A stretch of DNA of 64,000 nt, taken from positions 2,176,001 to 2,240,000 of the forward strand of contig OY776215.1 of the NCBI GenBank assembly GCA_963675495.1, read 5' to 3'. Of the stretch, positions 1 through 10,015 are shown one piece after another. Both the position numbers and the translations under genes were made by a program. Each line of letters starts with the position of its first letter. The stretch's first letter is position 1. The notes beneath the pieces were generated by a model. The model was not told where the DNA came from. It saw only the letters and a list, made by a program, of their open reading frames with translations, and did no database searches. Origin of the DNA: an uncultured Methanolobus sp. (GTDB lineage Archaea > Halobacteriota > Methanosarcinia > Methanosarcinales > Methanosarcinaceae).

Positions 1-156
1 ATGTATAAGGCAGAAGGATTTGATCCCGACAACAATGATTGGTTCTGGGCAGCCTATTCTCCAGAGGGTGATGTTAAAGCAGAAGGTAAGGTAGGCGGTT
101 GTATCAGTTGCCATGAAGGAAAGGAAGATGTTGACTATATCTTTATGAATACCTGA
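1..156 (+). CDS. 3' end of cytochrome P460-family c-type cytochrome (partial, runs off window start)
   Basis: Frame 1 reads MYKAEGFDPDNNDWFWAAYSPEGDVKAEGKVGGCISCHEGKEDVDYIFMNT*. C-terminal CxxCH after a MxK..D..DWFW segment resembles the P460 family. Followed by a T-run at 157-177. Confidence 0.7.
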   Translation: MYKAEGFDPDNNDWFWAAYSPEGDVKAEGKVGGCISCHEGKEDVDYIFMNT

Positions 157-177
157 ATTTTCTTTTCTTTTTTTTTA
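157..177 (+). terminator. oligo-T archaeal terminator
   Basis: ATTTTCTTTTCTTTTTTTTT directly after the stop codon. Confidence 0.6.
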
Positions 178-317
178 CAAAAAGATACTTTTTTATACTA
201 TGGTATACTACATATCTGTTTAGCTTGGACAAAGCAATAAATATTGTTAGAATGTATATAAAAATACAACAATTTGCCAGGCAAATAAATTATTAGTGAG
301 AGACAGGAGGCAAAAAT

Positions 318-461
318 ATGAGAGACCTAACTAGAAAAAGAAATGTAGTCGATATCTTCAAAAGCTGCCACACGGTAGTTGGTGGAGTGTCAACAGATAA
401 ACTCGACGCCGAGGAACTGGAGCTTTATCGCTTCATGGTAGGCGGAGTGCAGGCAAAATAG
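318..461 (+). CDS. unannotated 47-aa small protein
   Basis: GGAGG Shine-Dalgarno at 306-310, ATG at 318. MRDLTRKRNVVDIFKSCHTVVGGVSTDKLDAEELELYRFMVGGVQAK*. Hairpin TGCAGGC-AAAATA-GCCTGCA over the stop. Confidence 0.6.
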   Translation: MRDLTRKRNVVDIFKSCHTVVGGVSTDKLDAEELELYRFMVGGVQAK

Positions 462-502
462 CCTGCAAAACCTATTTTTATATTCTTTGCATATTGGTTC
501 CT

Positions 503-1681
503 ATGTATGATGTTCTTACCATCAGGGAAGACTTTCCCGTATTAAATGATGTTATATATCTGGACAATGCTGCTACAACGCAGACGCCTGTCCAGGCAGT
601 ATCATCAATGTTGGATTATTTTTACAAGTATGCAGCAAATCATGGACGTGGAGCTCACCGGCTTGCCAGGGAAACCACAAACCATTATGAAGATTCACGG
701 GAAATAGTAGCATCGTTTTTTAACATGGATGTTGAGGGTACTATTTTTACAAAGAACGCAACTGAAAGCATCAATATAGTTTCCAGAGGTTTTCCATGGA
801 AAAAAGGTGATCATATTATAGTCACACTTGTTGAGCATCATTCCAATTTGCTTCCATGGATGCGTTTAAAAGAATCGGGTGTTGAACTCTCTGTTGTCAA
901 ACCCGATATTCATGGGGTTATCGACCCTGCAGATATCAGGTCTGCTATCAATGACAGGACTCGACTTATAGCAGTGAACCACGTTTCCAATGTGTTCGGT
1001 TCAATACAGGATATAGAAAAGATAATTAACATAGCAAGGCAGAATAGTGTGAAGGTACTGGTGGATGGCTCCCAGTCTGCCGGAAACATGCCAATGGACA
1101 TTAAGTCTCTTGACCCGGATTTCTTTGTATGCCCCGGGCATAAGGGTTTACTTGGACCTCAAGGGACTGGGATATTGTATGTAAAGGAACCGAATACTAT
1201 CGAACCTTTGTACCTTGGTGGTGGGATGGTGAGTTCCGTAACTCCTGATAGTTTTAAAATGGAGCCAAGCCCTGCAAAGTTTGAAGCCGGAACGCCTAAT
1301 ATTCCTGGTGTGATAGGTCTTGGAAGAGCTGTTGAATATGTGGATAACATTGGCGTTGACTTAATTGAAAAACATGAGTTTTCTCTTGCAAGGGAAACTG
1401 CTTTGCGCCTTGGTGAAATAGATGGCGTTGAAGTCTATGGACCAAATGAGAGGGCTGGGGTGGTATCTTTCAATGTAGTTGGTATGAATGCTCATGATGT
1501 GGCTATGATACTTGACCAGACGCACAGTATCTGTGTGAGGAGTGGTTATCATTGTGCAATGCCTGGCATAGATCATCTGGGAGTCAATGGCACAGTGAGG
1601 GCGTCGTTTGCCCTTTATAATACTGAGGATGAAATTGAAACACTGGTTAAAACAGTTTCAGATGTTACTTCGCTTGTTTAA
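503..1681 (+). CDS. sufS: cysteine desulfurase, SufS/CsdA group (PLP class V)
   Basis: YLDNAATTQ, EHHSN, GHKGLLGP, FEAGTP and RSGYHCA motifs; ATG at 503 preferred over TTG at 494. Confidence 0.88.
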   Translation: MYDVLTIREDFPVLNDVIYLDNAATTQTPVQAVSSMLDYFYKYAANHGRGAHRLARETTNHYEDSREIVASFFNMDVEGTIFTKNATESINIVSRGFPWKKGDHIIVTLVEHHSNLLPWMRLKESGVELSVVKPDIHGVIDPADIRSAINDRTRLIAVNHVSNVFGSIQDIEKIINIARQNSVKVLVDGSQSAGNMPMDIKSLDPDFFVCPGHKGLLGPQGTGILYVKEPNTIEPLYLGGGMVSSVTPDSFKMEPSPAKFEAGTPNIPGVIGLGRAVEYVDNIGVDLIEKHEFSLARETALRLGEIDGVEVYGPNERAGVVSFNVVGMNAHDVAMILDQTHSICVRSGYHCAMPGIDHLGVNGTVRASFALYNTEDEIETLVKTVSDVTSLV

Positions 1682-1854
1682 CTGGTTTATTGTAAACAAT
1701 TTTTACATTCAGGGATAAAAGCAAAAGGTTATTATGCGCAGATAATTATATTAGTCTTGCAAACTGAATGCTTTCAGCGAATATCAAATGTCAATCATCG
1801 GTCATCAGTAATATTAGCTAATTATAATTAAGTATCAGCAAAAGGGGAATTAAA

Positions 1855-2967
1855 GTGAGCAAAGACATGCTTCTGTGGGATGAGACTCTTTTTAACAATG
1901 GAGAGATACTTGAATTTGATTACCTCCCTGATTATTTTGCACACAGGGATTCCCAAATGCAGGCCTTGCGTTTCAGTTTGAAACCTGCCCTAAGGGGTAT
2001 GCGGCCGGTTAATTGTCTTGTGAAAGGTCCGCCAGGGACAGGGAAGACAACTGCTGTTATGAAAGTCTTCAATGAGATGAAAGAATACACAGATAATGTG
2101 GTCTTTGTGAAGGTCAACTGTCAGATGGAGTCCACAAGGTTTGCTGTTGTTTCAAGAATATATGAGCAACTTGTTCATATCACTCCACCTTCGTCCGGTG
2201 TATCATTCAGGAGACTTTTTGAAAAGATAATTAAGTATCTTTTGGATGCTAACAAAACTCTGGTGGTAGCCCTTGACGACATCAATTATCTTTTCCCCGA
2301 GGGACATGCGGATGAAGTTATGTATTCCTTGCTGCGGGCTCATGAACAATATCCTGGGGCCCGTATTTCTGTAATAGCTATTATCAGCGATGTGGGGATT
2401 CCTTACAGTTTCGACCCGAGGGTAGGTTCTGTATTCTTACCCGAAGAGGTAGCCTTTCCACGGTATGAGATAGCTGAGATCGCAGATATCATTGCCAGCC
2501 GTGTGAAACATGCTTTTTATCAGGATGTAGTGTCAGATGAAGCATTGGACCGTGTTGTCACTTATGTGGACATGACAGGTGACCTCAGGATAGGTATTGA
2601 TCTTCTGAAACGTTCTGGTCTTAATGCAGAACGCAGGGCTAGCAAGACAGTTGATGCTGAAGATGTTGAGAAAGCTTATGAGGCTTCCAGGCTTTTGCAT
2701 CTATGTCGCAATATTAAGTCCCTTTCAAACAATGAAAAAACATTGCTCGGGCTTATTGCAAAGGATAGTAGTGTTCAGACCGGCGAGCTCTATAAATCAT
2801 TCCATGAAATAACCGGGCTTGGATACACCCGTTTTTATGAAATCATTGAAAAAATGAATGCTTCCAGGCTTATTGATGCAGATTTTTCCGGCAAGGGTAT
2901 GCGTGGAAGAACACGGTATGTCGCACCTGCTTATAATTCAAAGGACATACTCAAATGCCTTGAGTAG
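1855..2967 (+). CDS. cdc6: Orc1/Cdc6 replication initiator-family AAA+ ATPase
   Basis: DYLPDYFAHRDSQ start, Walker A GPPGTGKT, GDLRIGIDLL sensor region, C-terminal wHTH with GMRGRTR wing. Confidence 0.92.
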   Translation: MSKDMLLWDETLFNNGEILEFDYLPDYFAHRDSQMQALRFSLKPALRGMRPVNCLVKGPPGTGKTTAVMKVFNEMKEYTDNVVFVKVNCQMESTRFAVVSRIYEQLVHITPPSSGVSFRRLFEKIIKYLLDANKTLVVALDDINYLFPEGHADEVMYSLLRAHEQYPGARISVIAIISDVGIPYSFDPRVGSVFLPEEVAFPRYEIAEIADIIASRVKHAFYQDVVSDEALDRVVTYVDMTGDLRIGIDLLKRSGLNAERRASKTVDAEDVEKAYEASRLLHLCRNIKSLSNNEKTLLGLIAKDSSVQTGELYKSFHEITGLGYTRFYEIIEKMNASRLIDADFSGKGMRGRTRYVAPAYNSKDILKCLE

Positions 2968-3150
2968 TAGCTCGTTGGGATTTTATTTTTAAGACATTCT
3001 GAGTTCGAGTTTATGCTTTATTTTTTCCAGCTTGGCAGCAATGGATCAAAGCAGGCTAATGGCTATGGCCATTCAAACCATAATGGTGCAAAATAATCAC
3101 TTAAAGTCAATATAATTAAAAAACAGCAACATTTCTAATTAATTATAATC

Positions 3151-3186
3151 AAAAAAAGGATTTTTGCGCAGAAACAAATCTGCGCA
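3151..3186 (-). terminator. hairpin + T-run terminator of thermosome gene
   Basis: TGCGCAGA(3165-3172)/TCTGCGCA(3179-3186) inverted repeat; A7 at 3151-3157 reads as a T-run on the minus strand. Confidence 0.6.
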
Positions 3187-3217
3187 GGTGTTTATATTTT
3201 TGTTATTTTTCAGATAT

Positions 3218-4861
3218 TTACATATCCATGCCTGGCATTCCTGGTGGCATACCTGGAACCATGTCTGCTGCAGAAGGACCTGGTCCTCCCTGTCTGGATG
3301 CGATGATATCATCGATCCTGAGGATCATGACTGCAGATTCAGCAGCTGCGTTGATTGCCTGGGTCTTTACTCTGAGTGGCTCAACTACGCCTGCTTCCCA
3401 CATGTCAATTACTTCTCCTGTGTAGACATTCAGTCCTGCTGTCTTTACACCCTTCTCGTGGTGTGCACGCAGTTCCATAAGCATGTCTATTGGGTCGAGA
3501 CCTGCGTTCTCTGCAAGTGTTCTTGGTACTATTTCAAGAGCCTCTGCGAATGCTTTGACTGCAAGCTGTTCCCTGCCGCTGAGGGTTGCTGCGTATTCCT
3601 GGAGTCTAAGTGCAACTTCAACTTCAGGTGATCCGCCACCAGCTACAAGTTTCTCGTCCTCGATAGCTACGCCGACTACTCTGAGTGAGTCATTAAGTGC
3701 TCTCTCGATGTTGTCAATGACGTGCTCTGTGCTGCCACGGAGGAGGATTGAAACTGCCTTTGGATTAACGCATCCCGTTACGAAGGTCATTGGGTCGCCA
3801 CCTATCTTCTTCTCTTCTACAAGGTCTGCCTTACCCATGTCAGCTTCTGTGATCTCGTCAACATTTGTGATGAGCTTTGCACCGGTTGCTCTTGCAAGCT
3901 TCTGCATGTCGCTCTTCTTGACTCTTCTGATAGCAAACACGCCTGCTTTTGCAAGGTAGTGCTGTGCCATGTCATCGATTCCCTTCTGGCAGAATACGAC
4001 GTTTGCACCACTGTTGACTACTTTGTCAACGAGGTCCTTGATCATTTTTTCTTCCTGGTCAAGGAATGACTGGAGCTGCTCAGGTGAGGTAATTGATATT
4101 TCAGCATCGACTTCTGTGTCTTTGAGTTCGATAGCTGTGTTGATGAGTGCGATCTTTGCGTTCTCTACCTTCTTTGGCATGTTGGTGTGGACACGTTCTT
4201 TGTCGATGATCATACCTTCAATAAGCTCGGATTCTTCTATACGTGCTCCGACCTTCTTCTCGACCTTGATGTTCTCCATGTCAACTTTGTTATCTTCATC
4301 AACAATGCTTGTGATAGCAGCGACTGAGATATTTGCGAGAACTTCCTTTGTTGCTTCTGCGCCTTTTCCGGTCATTGCTGTTCCGGAAATGTTAATCAGT
4401 ACATCCTTGTTATCTCTGGTTACTGTCTTTGCGAGTTCCTTAATAATTTCTCCAGCCTTCACTGATGCCATTCTGTATCCGGATGCAATGATTGTTGGGT
4501 GTACGTCCTGGTCAATGAGCTCTTCTGCTTTCTTGAGGAGTTCTCCGGCAATTACAGCAGCTGTGGTTGTTCCGTCACCGACTTCATCGTCCTGGGTCTT
4601 GGATACTTCCACGATCATCTTTGCTGCAGGGTGCTCGATGTCCATCTCTTTAAGAATGGTCGCACCATCGTTTGTGATGACCACATCTCCAAGGCTGTCT
4701 ACAAGCATCTTGTCCATTCCTTTTGGTCCAAGTGTTGTTCTTACAGCTTCAGCGACTGCTTTTGCAGCCATGATGTTGTTGCTCTGTGCTTCTTTGCCTC
4801 TAGTTCTCTGGCTTCCTTCTCTTAATATGAAAATTGGCTGTCCTGCCATCTGTCCTGCCAT
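3218..4861 (-). CDS. ths: thermosome (group II chaperonin) subunit
   Basis: [19 protein letters not shown] and GDGTTT motifs; GM-rich tail. Confidence 0.98.
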   Translation of the reverse strand: MAGQMAGQPIFILREGSQRTRGKEAQSNNIMAAKAVAEAVRTTLGPKGMDKMLVDSLGDVVITNDGATILKEMDIEHPAAKMIVEVSKTQDDEVGDGTTTAAVIAGELLKKAEELIDQDVHPTIIASGYRMASVKAGEIIKELAKTVTRDNKDVLINISGTAMTGKGAEATKEVLANISVAAITSIVDEDNKVDMENIKVEKKVGARIEESELIEGMIIDKERVHTNMPKKVENAKIALINTAIELKDTEVDAEISITSPEQLQSFLDQEEKMIKDLVDKVVNSGANVVFCQKGIDDMAQHYLAKAGVFAIRRVKKSDMQKLARATGAKLITNVDEITEADMGKADLVEEKKIGGDPMTFVTGCVNPKAVSILLRGSTEHVIDNIERALNDSLRVVGVAIEDEKLVAGGGSPEVEVALRLQEYAATLSGREQLAVKAFAEALEIVPRTLAENAGLDPIDMLMELRAHHEKGVKTAGLNVYTGEVIDMWEAGVVEPLRVKTQAINAAAESAVMILRIDDIIASRQGGPGPSAADMVPGMPPGMPGMDM

Positions 4862-4925
4862 GTTATTTATCCTCCTATTATATGTAAAATTGGAATAACA
4901 TTTACTTTTAGGTCGTTTTTTAATG

Positions 4926-4950
4926 TTTGTGGTTCTATATAAGCGTATCG
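4926..4950 (-). promoter_or_regulatory. thermosome promoter with heat-shock-type flanks
   Basis: Minus strand CGATACGCTTATATAGAACCACAAA: TATA box flanked by CGAT and GAA..CAAA, similar to haloarchaeal cct heat-shock promoters. Confidence 0.5.
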
Positions 4951-5031
4951 GGCACGTTGCTTTTCACACGAATATAGAATAGACTAAAAAACAAATATGC
5001 TAAGAGAATATATAACAAAAAAGAATTAGGA

Positions 5032-5053
5032 TAAAGTGAGTATACTCACTTTA
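5032..5053. repeat. perfect 22-bp palindrome, likely terminator of DUF5350 gene
   Basis: TAAAGTGAGTATACTCACTTTA overlaps the stop codon at 5046-5048. Confidence 0.7.
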
Positions 5054-5219
5054 CGAGTGCTTTTGGAGATCTGCGAAGGAATCTTCTTTTTGCACCTGAT
5101 GAACTGTATCTCTGTGCTGGTCCCGGATGTGCTTTTCCTGCCTTCGATTTCTGGACCTTGATTGCTCTGCCGTTACGTCCTTTTACTCTTACCCATTCAA
5201 TGCTGCCTGTCTTACCCAT
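5046..5219 (-). CDS. small basic protein, DUF5350-like (57 aa, below ORF-track cutoff)
   Basis: [57 protein letters not shown]; AGAGGA SD upstream. Confidence 0.8.
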   Translation of the reverse strand: MGKTGSIEWVRVKGRNGRAIKVQKSKAGKAHPGPAQRYSSSGAKRRFLRRSPKALVK

Positions 5220-5397
5220 GATAAATCCTCTTGATAATATTAATTGTAAATTTTAAGTTATTTTAAGTTTAACCTAGATATATAATTCTAGTCGTGAGTT
5301 TACTTCTAGACGTAATGCTCATTATTAAAGCTTGCGGGAATATCTGACCAAAATTGCTTTTAGAAAGCAGGGATTATGGCAGTCATTATAATAGGAG

Positions 5398-6102
5398 TTG
5401 ATCAAGGTTACTTCACCAATTGAGAAACAGCTTAAAGCAGTGGATGATGAGCTTAAAGGTGTAAAGAATTATCCAATGGACAAATTGATATCCATAATAC
5501 AGGAAGTTGGCTTTGAATGTGACTTTTGTGCACGCTGCTGCACCCGGGAATTCAATGATCATGTTTTTCTTCTTAACGATGATGCCACCAGGATAAAGGC
5601 CATATCTCCAGATTCTCTGGAACCTGCTCCATATTATGAACTATGCGACCAGCATGGACGGTTCTATGTTTCCGGTTATGCACTTAAAATAAAAGAAGAT
5701 GGTTCATGTATCTTTCTTAATGAGAAAAGATGCTCTATTTATGAACAACGGCCTTCGATATGCAGTCTTTTTCCTTACATGCTGCACCGTGAGCCAGATG
5801 AGGATGGTAATATCGATTGGAGGCAGATAGGTGGCATAGGCCAGCATGGTTGTTATCATACGGAAATCAGTGATGCTGAGTCTAAAGAGATAGCTCTTCA
5901 AATTAAGTCCTATGAAACAACATTTCTTGAGCAGGTAATAGAATTCTTCAAAACAGCAGAAGAATATTTCAAAAAAAATAGTCTCAAACATGTGCAGAGT
6001 GTGTATGACAGAGGAATGAGAAAGTTCAACAAAGGTGAGGAAATTACAGTATTTGTCCTGTTCAATGGTGACTTTATAGAACACAAGGTCAAAAAACAAT
6101 GA
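5398..6102 (+). CDS. YkgJ-family cysteine-cluster (CxxCxxCC) protein
   Basis: FECDFCARCC and CIFL..RCSIYEQRPSICSLFP. Confidence 0.85.
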   Translation: MIKVTSPIEKQLKAVDDELKGVKNYPMDKLISIIQEVGFECDFCARCCTREFNDHVFLLNDDATRIKAISPDSLEPAPYYELCDQHGRFYVSGYALKIKEDGSCIFLNEKRCSIYEQRPSICSLFPYMLHREPDEDGNIDWRQIGGIGQHGCYHTEISDAESKEIALQIKSYETTFLEQVIEFFKTAEEYFKKNSLKHVQSVYDRGMRKFNKGEEITVFVLFNGDFIEHKVKKQ

Positions 6103-6137
6103 CTCTTTTAAGCTGAAAAATTGCTGCATCCGGTACA

Positions 6138-7295
6138 ATGAAAGGAAACCTGAATCTCCCACTGATCTGTCTTGTTGCTTTCTTTTCAATGTCAGCAGGA
6201 GCTTTGCTTGGTCCTGTTCTTCCATTCATGGTTGAGCCATTGAACACTTCCCGCGAAGCTGTGGGACTGGTTCTTGGAATGTACACTTTTTCTACTGCAC
6301 TCTCTATGATATTTGTTAGTTTCATAACAGACCGCGTGGGACGTAAAAAAATACTGGTTCCATGTCTTCTCATTAATGGAATTGCTGGCTTGGCCTGTTA
6401 TTTTTCCACTGATATGGCTACACTGCTGGCTTTGAGGTTTGTCCAGGGCATAGGTATCGCAGGAATGCTCCCCATAGTCATGACCATGATAGGGGAATTG
6501 TACACGGGTCTTGACAGGGTCAATGCCATGGGTAAAATGAGCATGACAACTGGCATCGGGGCAGTTTCTGCACCTCTTATAGGTGGTATACTTGCTTCAT
6601 ACGGATGGAATGTTCCGTTCCTCTTCTATGGACTTTCGATACCTCTTGCAATCATTGTAGTATTTGCCCTTCCTGAAACAAACCCGCATGAGAACCGAAA
6701 ACATAACCGGGAATCGATAATAAAAACTCTCGCTGAATTCAGGATTCTTTACACTATTATACTGAGTTTCTCTATATTCTTCCTGCTCTACACAATGGTC
6801 ATATACGTTCCCTTTATCCTCAAGGACAACTTTGGTTTTAATGTAAAAGAAGCAGGACTTGCACTTGGCATTCAGGGAATAGCAATGGCATTGATATCGT
6901 CCCGTGCCAGAGCATTTTCAGCAAGATATGGTAAACAAAGGCTGTTAATAGCAGGATTTATCATAACAGGTATAGCCTTGGGAGGCTTCATATTTGCAGC
7001 ATCCCTTCCTCTGGTTCTTGTCTTGATATTTATCTTCGGGGTCGGGTTTGGTATGGTGCAGCCTCAATTGAACACCCTCGCAACTCAGGTAGCTCCACCT
7101 GGAATGATGGGGGGCATAGTATCAGTGTTCAACATCATGAAATACGCAGGGCAAACCGCAGCTCCACTTGTACTTGCAGTTGTGCTGTTCAATAGTGATC
7201 TGCAGGTAGTCTTTGCCACATCATGTACTTTCGCATTTTTGATCGCATTTTCAACGTATTTCTTTAAGGATATTTATGAGCGTCTAGATGGGTGA
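6138..7295 (+). CDS. MFS transporter (DHA1-like)
   Basis: About 12 TM segments; DRVGRK motif A; RFVQGIG. Confidence 0.9.
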   Translation: MKGNLNLPLICLVAFFSMSAGALLGPVLPFMVEPLNTSREAVGLVLGMYTFSTALSMIFVSFITDRVGRKKILVPCLLINGIAGLACYFSTDMATLLALRFVQGIGIAGMLPIVMTMIGELYTGLDRVNAMGKMSMTTGIGAVSAPLIGGILASYGWNVPFLFYGLSIPLAIIVVFALPETNPHENRKHNRESIIKTLAEFRILYTIILSFSIFFLLYTMVIYVPFILKDNFGFNVKEAGLALGIQGIAMALISSRARAFSARYGKQRLLIAGFIITGIALGGFIFAASLPLVLVLIFIFGVGFGMVQPQLNTLATQVAPPGMMGGIVSVFNIMKYAGQTAAPLVLAVVLFNSDLQVVFATSCTFAFLIAFSTYFFKDIYERLDG

Positions 7296-7298
7296 GAT

Positions 7299-8420
7299 TC
7301 ATTCCCACGAGCCAGTAACCTTTCCTTCTAACGCCATCTTTCCCATAACTCTCCTGTAACGTTTGCTGACAGGCGACGTCATGACATTTGCATAGGGCGT
7401 GCCGGGAAGCGGTGTCAGATAATGTGAATGAACATGACCACCTTTTTTACATATCCACTGAATGATTTCAAGGCTCATGTCCTGCTCTTCTTCGGTCTCA
7501 TCCGGGAATCCAACCATGAAATCCACAACCGGTGTGATGCCGTGGTCAAAACAGATATCAATGCTGTGGACAACATCATCAACGGTGTGTCCTCTCAGGA
7601 TGCTTCTGAGAATGCGGTCACTTCCAGACTGTGCTCCCAGGCTCACTTTGGTATTGGTGCAGTACTTTGTGATAAGCTCCAGTGACTCATCGGTGACAAA
7701 TTCCGGCCTGACCTCCGAGGGAAACGTGCCAAAATAGATTGTCTTTCCTTCCATCCGGTGAAGGGTTGAAAGCAAGTTCTCAACCTTGTCAAGCCTTGGA
7801 TGGATACCATCGCTTCCGTATGCCAGGGCATTTGATGATGTAAATCTGAGGTCCCTATAGTGCTTTGCATATTTTACAATAGAGTCTATACTCCTGTGCC
7901 TAACTTTTCCACCAAATAGCCGGGGTGTCTGACAGTACTTGCACCTGAAAGGGCATCCTCTGCTTATCTCCAGAGGTGACATGAGGATATTGGGGTCAAA
8001 ACATGGATACTTATCAAGATCAACAGGTTCTCTTTTGCCTGTGAAAATGGTTTTGTTATTATTGTCCTTGTAAGCTATCCCCTTAATCTGGGAAACATCT
8101 TTGCCTGAGGTTATGGTTTCTATAAGTTCAGGTAAGGTTTCTTCACCCTCTCCAATGACAACATAATCAAAAATATCAAGTGTTTCCTCCGGCTTTCCGG
8201 ATGGGTGCGGGCCGCCTGCTATAAATATGGAATTAGTGTTTGCCTCCTTAACTTCCCTAAAGACAGATGCAGCCTGCCTGGTGGCAAAGCTGTATATCAT
8301 TATTCCATCCTGGGGCTCTTTGGCTTTTAAAGCACCCGGAACAAGGGGAGCCAGCGCTGCGAGGCTGTATGCATTCTTTTTGTTCCAGCGAAAAGAGACG
8401 TCCATGAGTTTCAATCTCAC
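7299..8420 (-). CDS. B12-binding-domain radical SAM protein (TIGR04013/MJ1487-like)
   Basis: IAGGPHPS, VVIGEGEE, EISRGCPFRCKYCQTP and FPSEVRPE motifs. Confidence 0.85.
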   Translation of the reverse strand: MRLKLMDVSFRWNKKNAYSLAALAPLVPGALKAKEPQDGIMIYSFATRQAASVFREVKEANTNSIFIAGGPHPSGKPEETLDIFDYVVIGEGEETLPELIETITSGKDVSQIKGIAYKDNNNKTIFTGKREPVDLDKYPCFDPNILMSPLEISRGCPFRCKYCQTPRLFGGKVRHRSIDSIVKYAKHYRDLRFTSSNALAYGSDGIHPRLDKVENLLSTLHRMEGKTIYFGTFPSEVRPEFVTDESLELITKYCTNTKVSLGAQSGSDRILRSILRGHTVDDVVHSIDICFDHGITPVVDFMVGFPDETEEEQDMSLEIIQWICKKGGHVHSHYLTPLPGTPYANVMTSPVSKRYRRVMGKMALEGKVTGSWE

Positions 8421-8830
8421 GCCTTGTTAATCTCTACAAAGGAACCTGTGCTGTTAACGATTACCTTGTCACCATTCTTTAGTAGCTCAAAAGGATCGCT
8501 TTCCAGTCTGTCCACAAGGGGTATCTCTGATATTATCGCTCCCACTGCTACAATGGGTTCGGATTCAAGATTGATCATTGCAGCAGGTGCAACATTGTTC
8601 TTGAAAAGCTGATAAATGACATATGAGCCTACAGTGGACCCTTTTCCGTGTGGGAAAACAAGGACCTTTCCGCTAATGGACTGGCCATAGAGTTCGTGTT
8701 GTGGTTCTACGATTTCCCCGGTTTCAGGATCGACGTTCCCAAGGAAAGATATCGGGTCGTGTGTAAGGAGCGCTTCTCCTTCTGCAACACCTCTTGCGAT
8801 GGTCCTGCAATTAATTTTCATCGATGACAC
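8417..8830 (-). CDS. phosphomevalonate dehydratase small subunit (AcnX swivel domain, DUF126)
   Basis: ISFLGNVDPETG and GKGSTVGSY. Confidence 0.9.
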   Translation of the reverse strand: MSSMKINCRTIARGVAEGEALLTHDPISFLGNVDPETGEIVEPQHELYGQSISGKVLVFPHGKGSTVGSYVIYQLFKNNVAPAAMINLESEPIVAVGAIISEIPLVDRLESDPFELLKNGDKVIVNSTGSFVEINKA

Positions 8831-9995
8831 CTGCCTCTTTTATGCAATCCTCAATACTCGCATACTTCGCAGCCACCTTACACATGCTTGGCACGTAGGC
8901 CAGCGCTTTCCCGGAATTAACTGTTATGGATGCGTATTTGTTAGTGGCAGGGGATACTACCATACAGGTGTCACACACAACCTTAGCCCCACTTTTCTCG
9001 ATCCTCTGCACAAGTTCGGGGTACCTTTGCGCAACTTCCCTTGCAGTGCATACCCACATTTCTTTTTCCAGTTTCTTTCCGTCGACGAGTCGTGCTATCT
9101 TTTCCAGTTCATCAGGTGAACAATGTGGACATCCCACAGTTATTATTTCACTTGATAGTATGTCCCTGTTAGTTTCATAGACCTCGTCTATCTGTTTTCT
9201 TTCAACAGGAACTATCTCATCAGGTCTGGTAAACTTGTTTCTGACAGCCTCAGATGTCACACCTTCTATATGATAGAGTGCCACAGCCCCGGATGCTGCA
9301 AGTGCCGCACCGAGGGATTTCATCTCATCTTTTGAAGGTTCGCTCTTCATGTAAAATATGGGCACCCTGCTTCCTACAGTCTTACCGACAACGTAGCCAA
9401 GGGCGCCGTAATCAGAGCCAGAAAGTTTGCAATCGACTTCCACGGCAATTACAGGTTCCCTCATTTCATCAAGGTGGTATCCGTAATTTGCAGTTTTCCC
9501 CACAAGTGCCGCTGATAGGGCTGAAGGTCCTCCTTCACGGTTTGTCCTTGCACCTATCACGGAGTTGGCATAGGATACTGCAGAGGACTCGCTCCATGCT
9601 ATATGATCATCCAGTTTGATATCAAATCCTTCGAGATAGTAAGGGGTGCATGTGCACTTTGTCTGAATTCCCAGTTTTGCATAGGCTTCTATAATCTCCT
9701 GTTGTTTCTTTGCAAAAACCGGGTCAATACCCATCTCTTGCCATTTGTTGATGTCCATACCGGCAGGGTTGAGTATTGAAGGAATCTTCACTTTTCCTTC
9801 AAGGTCGGAGATCCATTCCAGTCCTGCATCTCCCATTGTCTTATATGATACTCCGGCTATCTGGGCACTTTTTACAGGTATCAACCTGTCCGCACCGTAA
9901 ATATCTCCAAGCGCCACAAGGATCTCTATTGCTTTTTGAAGGCTTGGGCCATACTCGCCTTCAAGGGTCTTTTCTTCTTCCTGTGTAAGATACAT
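8811..9995 (-). CDS. phosphomevalonate dehydratase large subunit (AcnX, DUF521)
   Basis: CTCTPY, WSESSA, GARTNREGG, GCPH, DTCMVV and NSGKA motifs. Confidence 0.9.
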   Translation of the reverse strand: MYLTQEEEKTLEGEYGPSLQKAIEILVALGDIYGADRLIPVKSAQIAGVSYKTMGDAGLEWISDLEGKVKIPSILNPAGMDINKWQEMGIDPVFAKKQQEIIEAYAKLGIQTKCTCTPYYLEGFDIKLDDHIAWSESSAVSYANSVIGARTNREGGPSALSAALVGKTANYGYHLDEMREPVIAVEVDCKLSGSDYGALGYVVGKTVGSRVPIFYMKSEPSKDEMKSLGAALAASGAVALYHIEGVTSEAVRNKFTRPDEIVPVERKQIDEVYETNRDILSSEIITVGCPHCSPDELEKIARLVDGKKLEKEMWVCTAREVAQRYPELVQRIEKSGAKVVCDTCMVVSPATNKYASITVNSGKALAYVPSMCKVAAKYASIEDCIKEAGVIDEN

Positions 9996-10015
9996 TATTG
10001 TTCCAACCTTGCTGT

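Noticed and set aside
1770-1810. Box C/D-like CTGATGA...CTGA on the minus strand
   Set aside because: Only about 24 nt between the boxes and no D'/C' pair; too short for a guide sRNA
1682-3160. Replication origin (ORB repeats) beside cdc6
   Set aside because: Flanks are AT-rich but I found no repeated ORB/mini-ORB motif with a G-string
3164-4898. Long plus-strand ORFs (e.g. 3969-4898, 309 aa) opposite the thermosome
   Set aside because: Antisense shadows of a codon-biased gene; Ser/Thr-rich with no motifs. The same applies to 34980-35606, 55870-56799 and 59094-59651.
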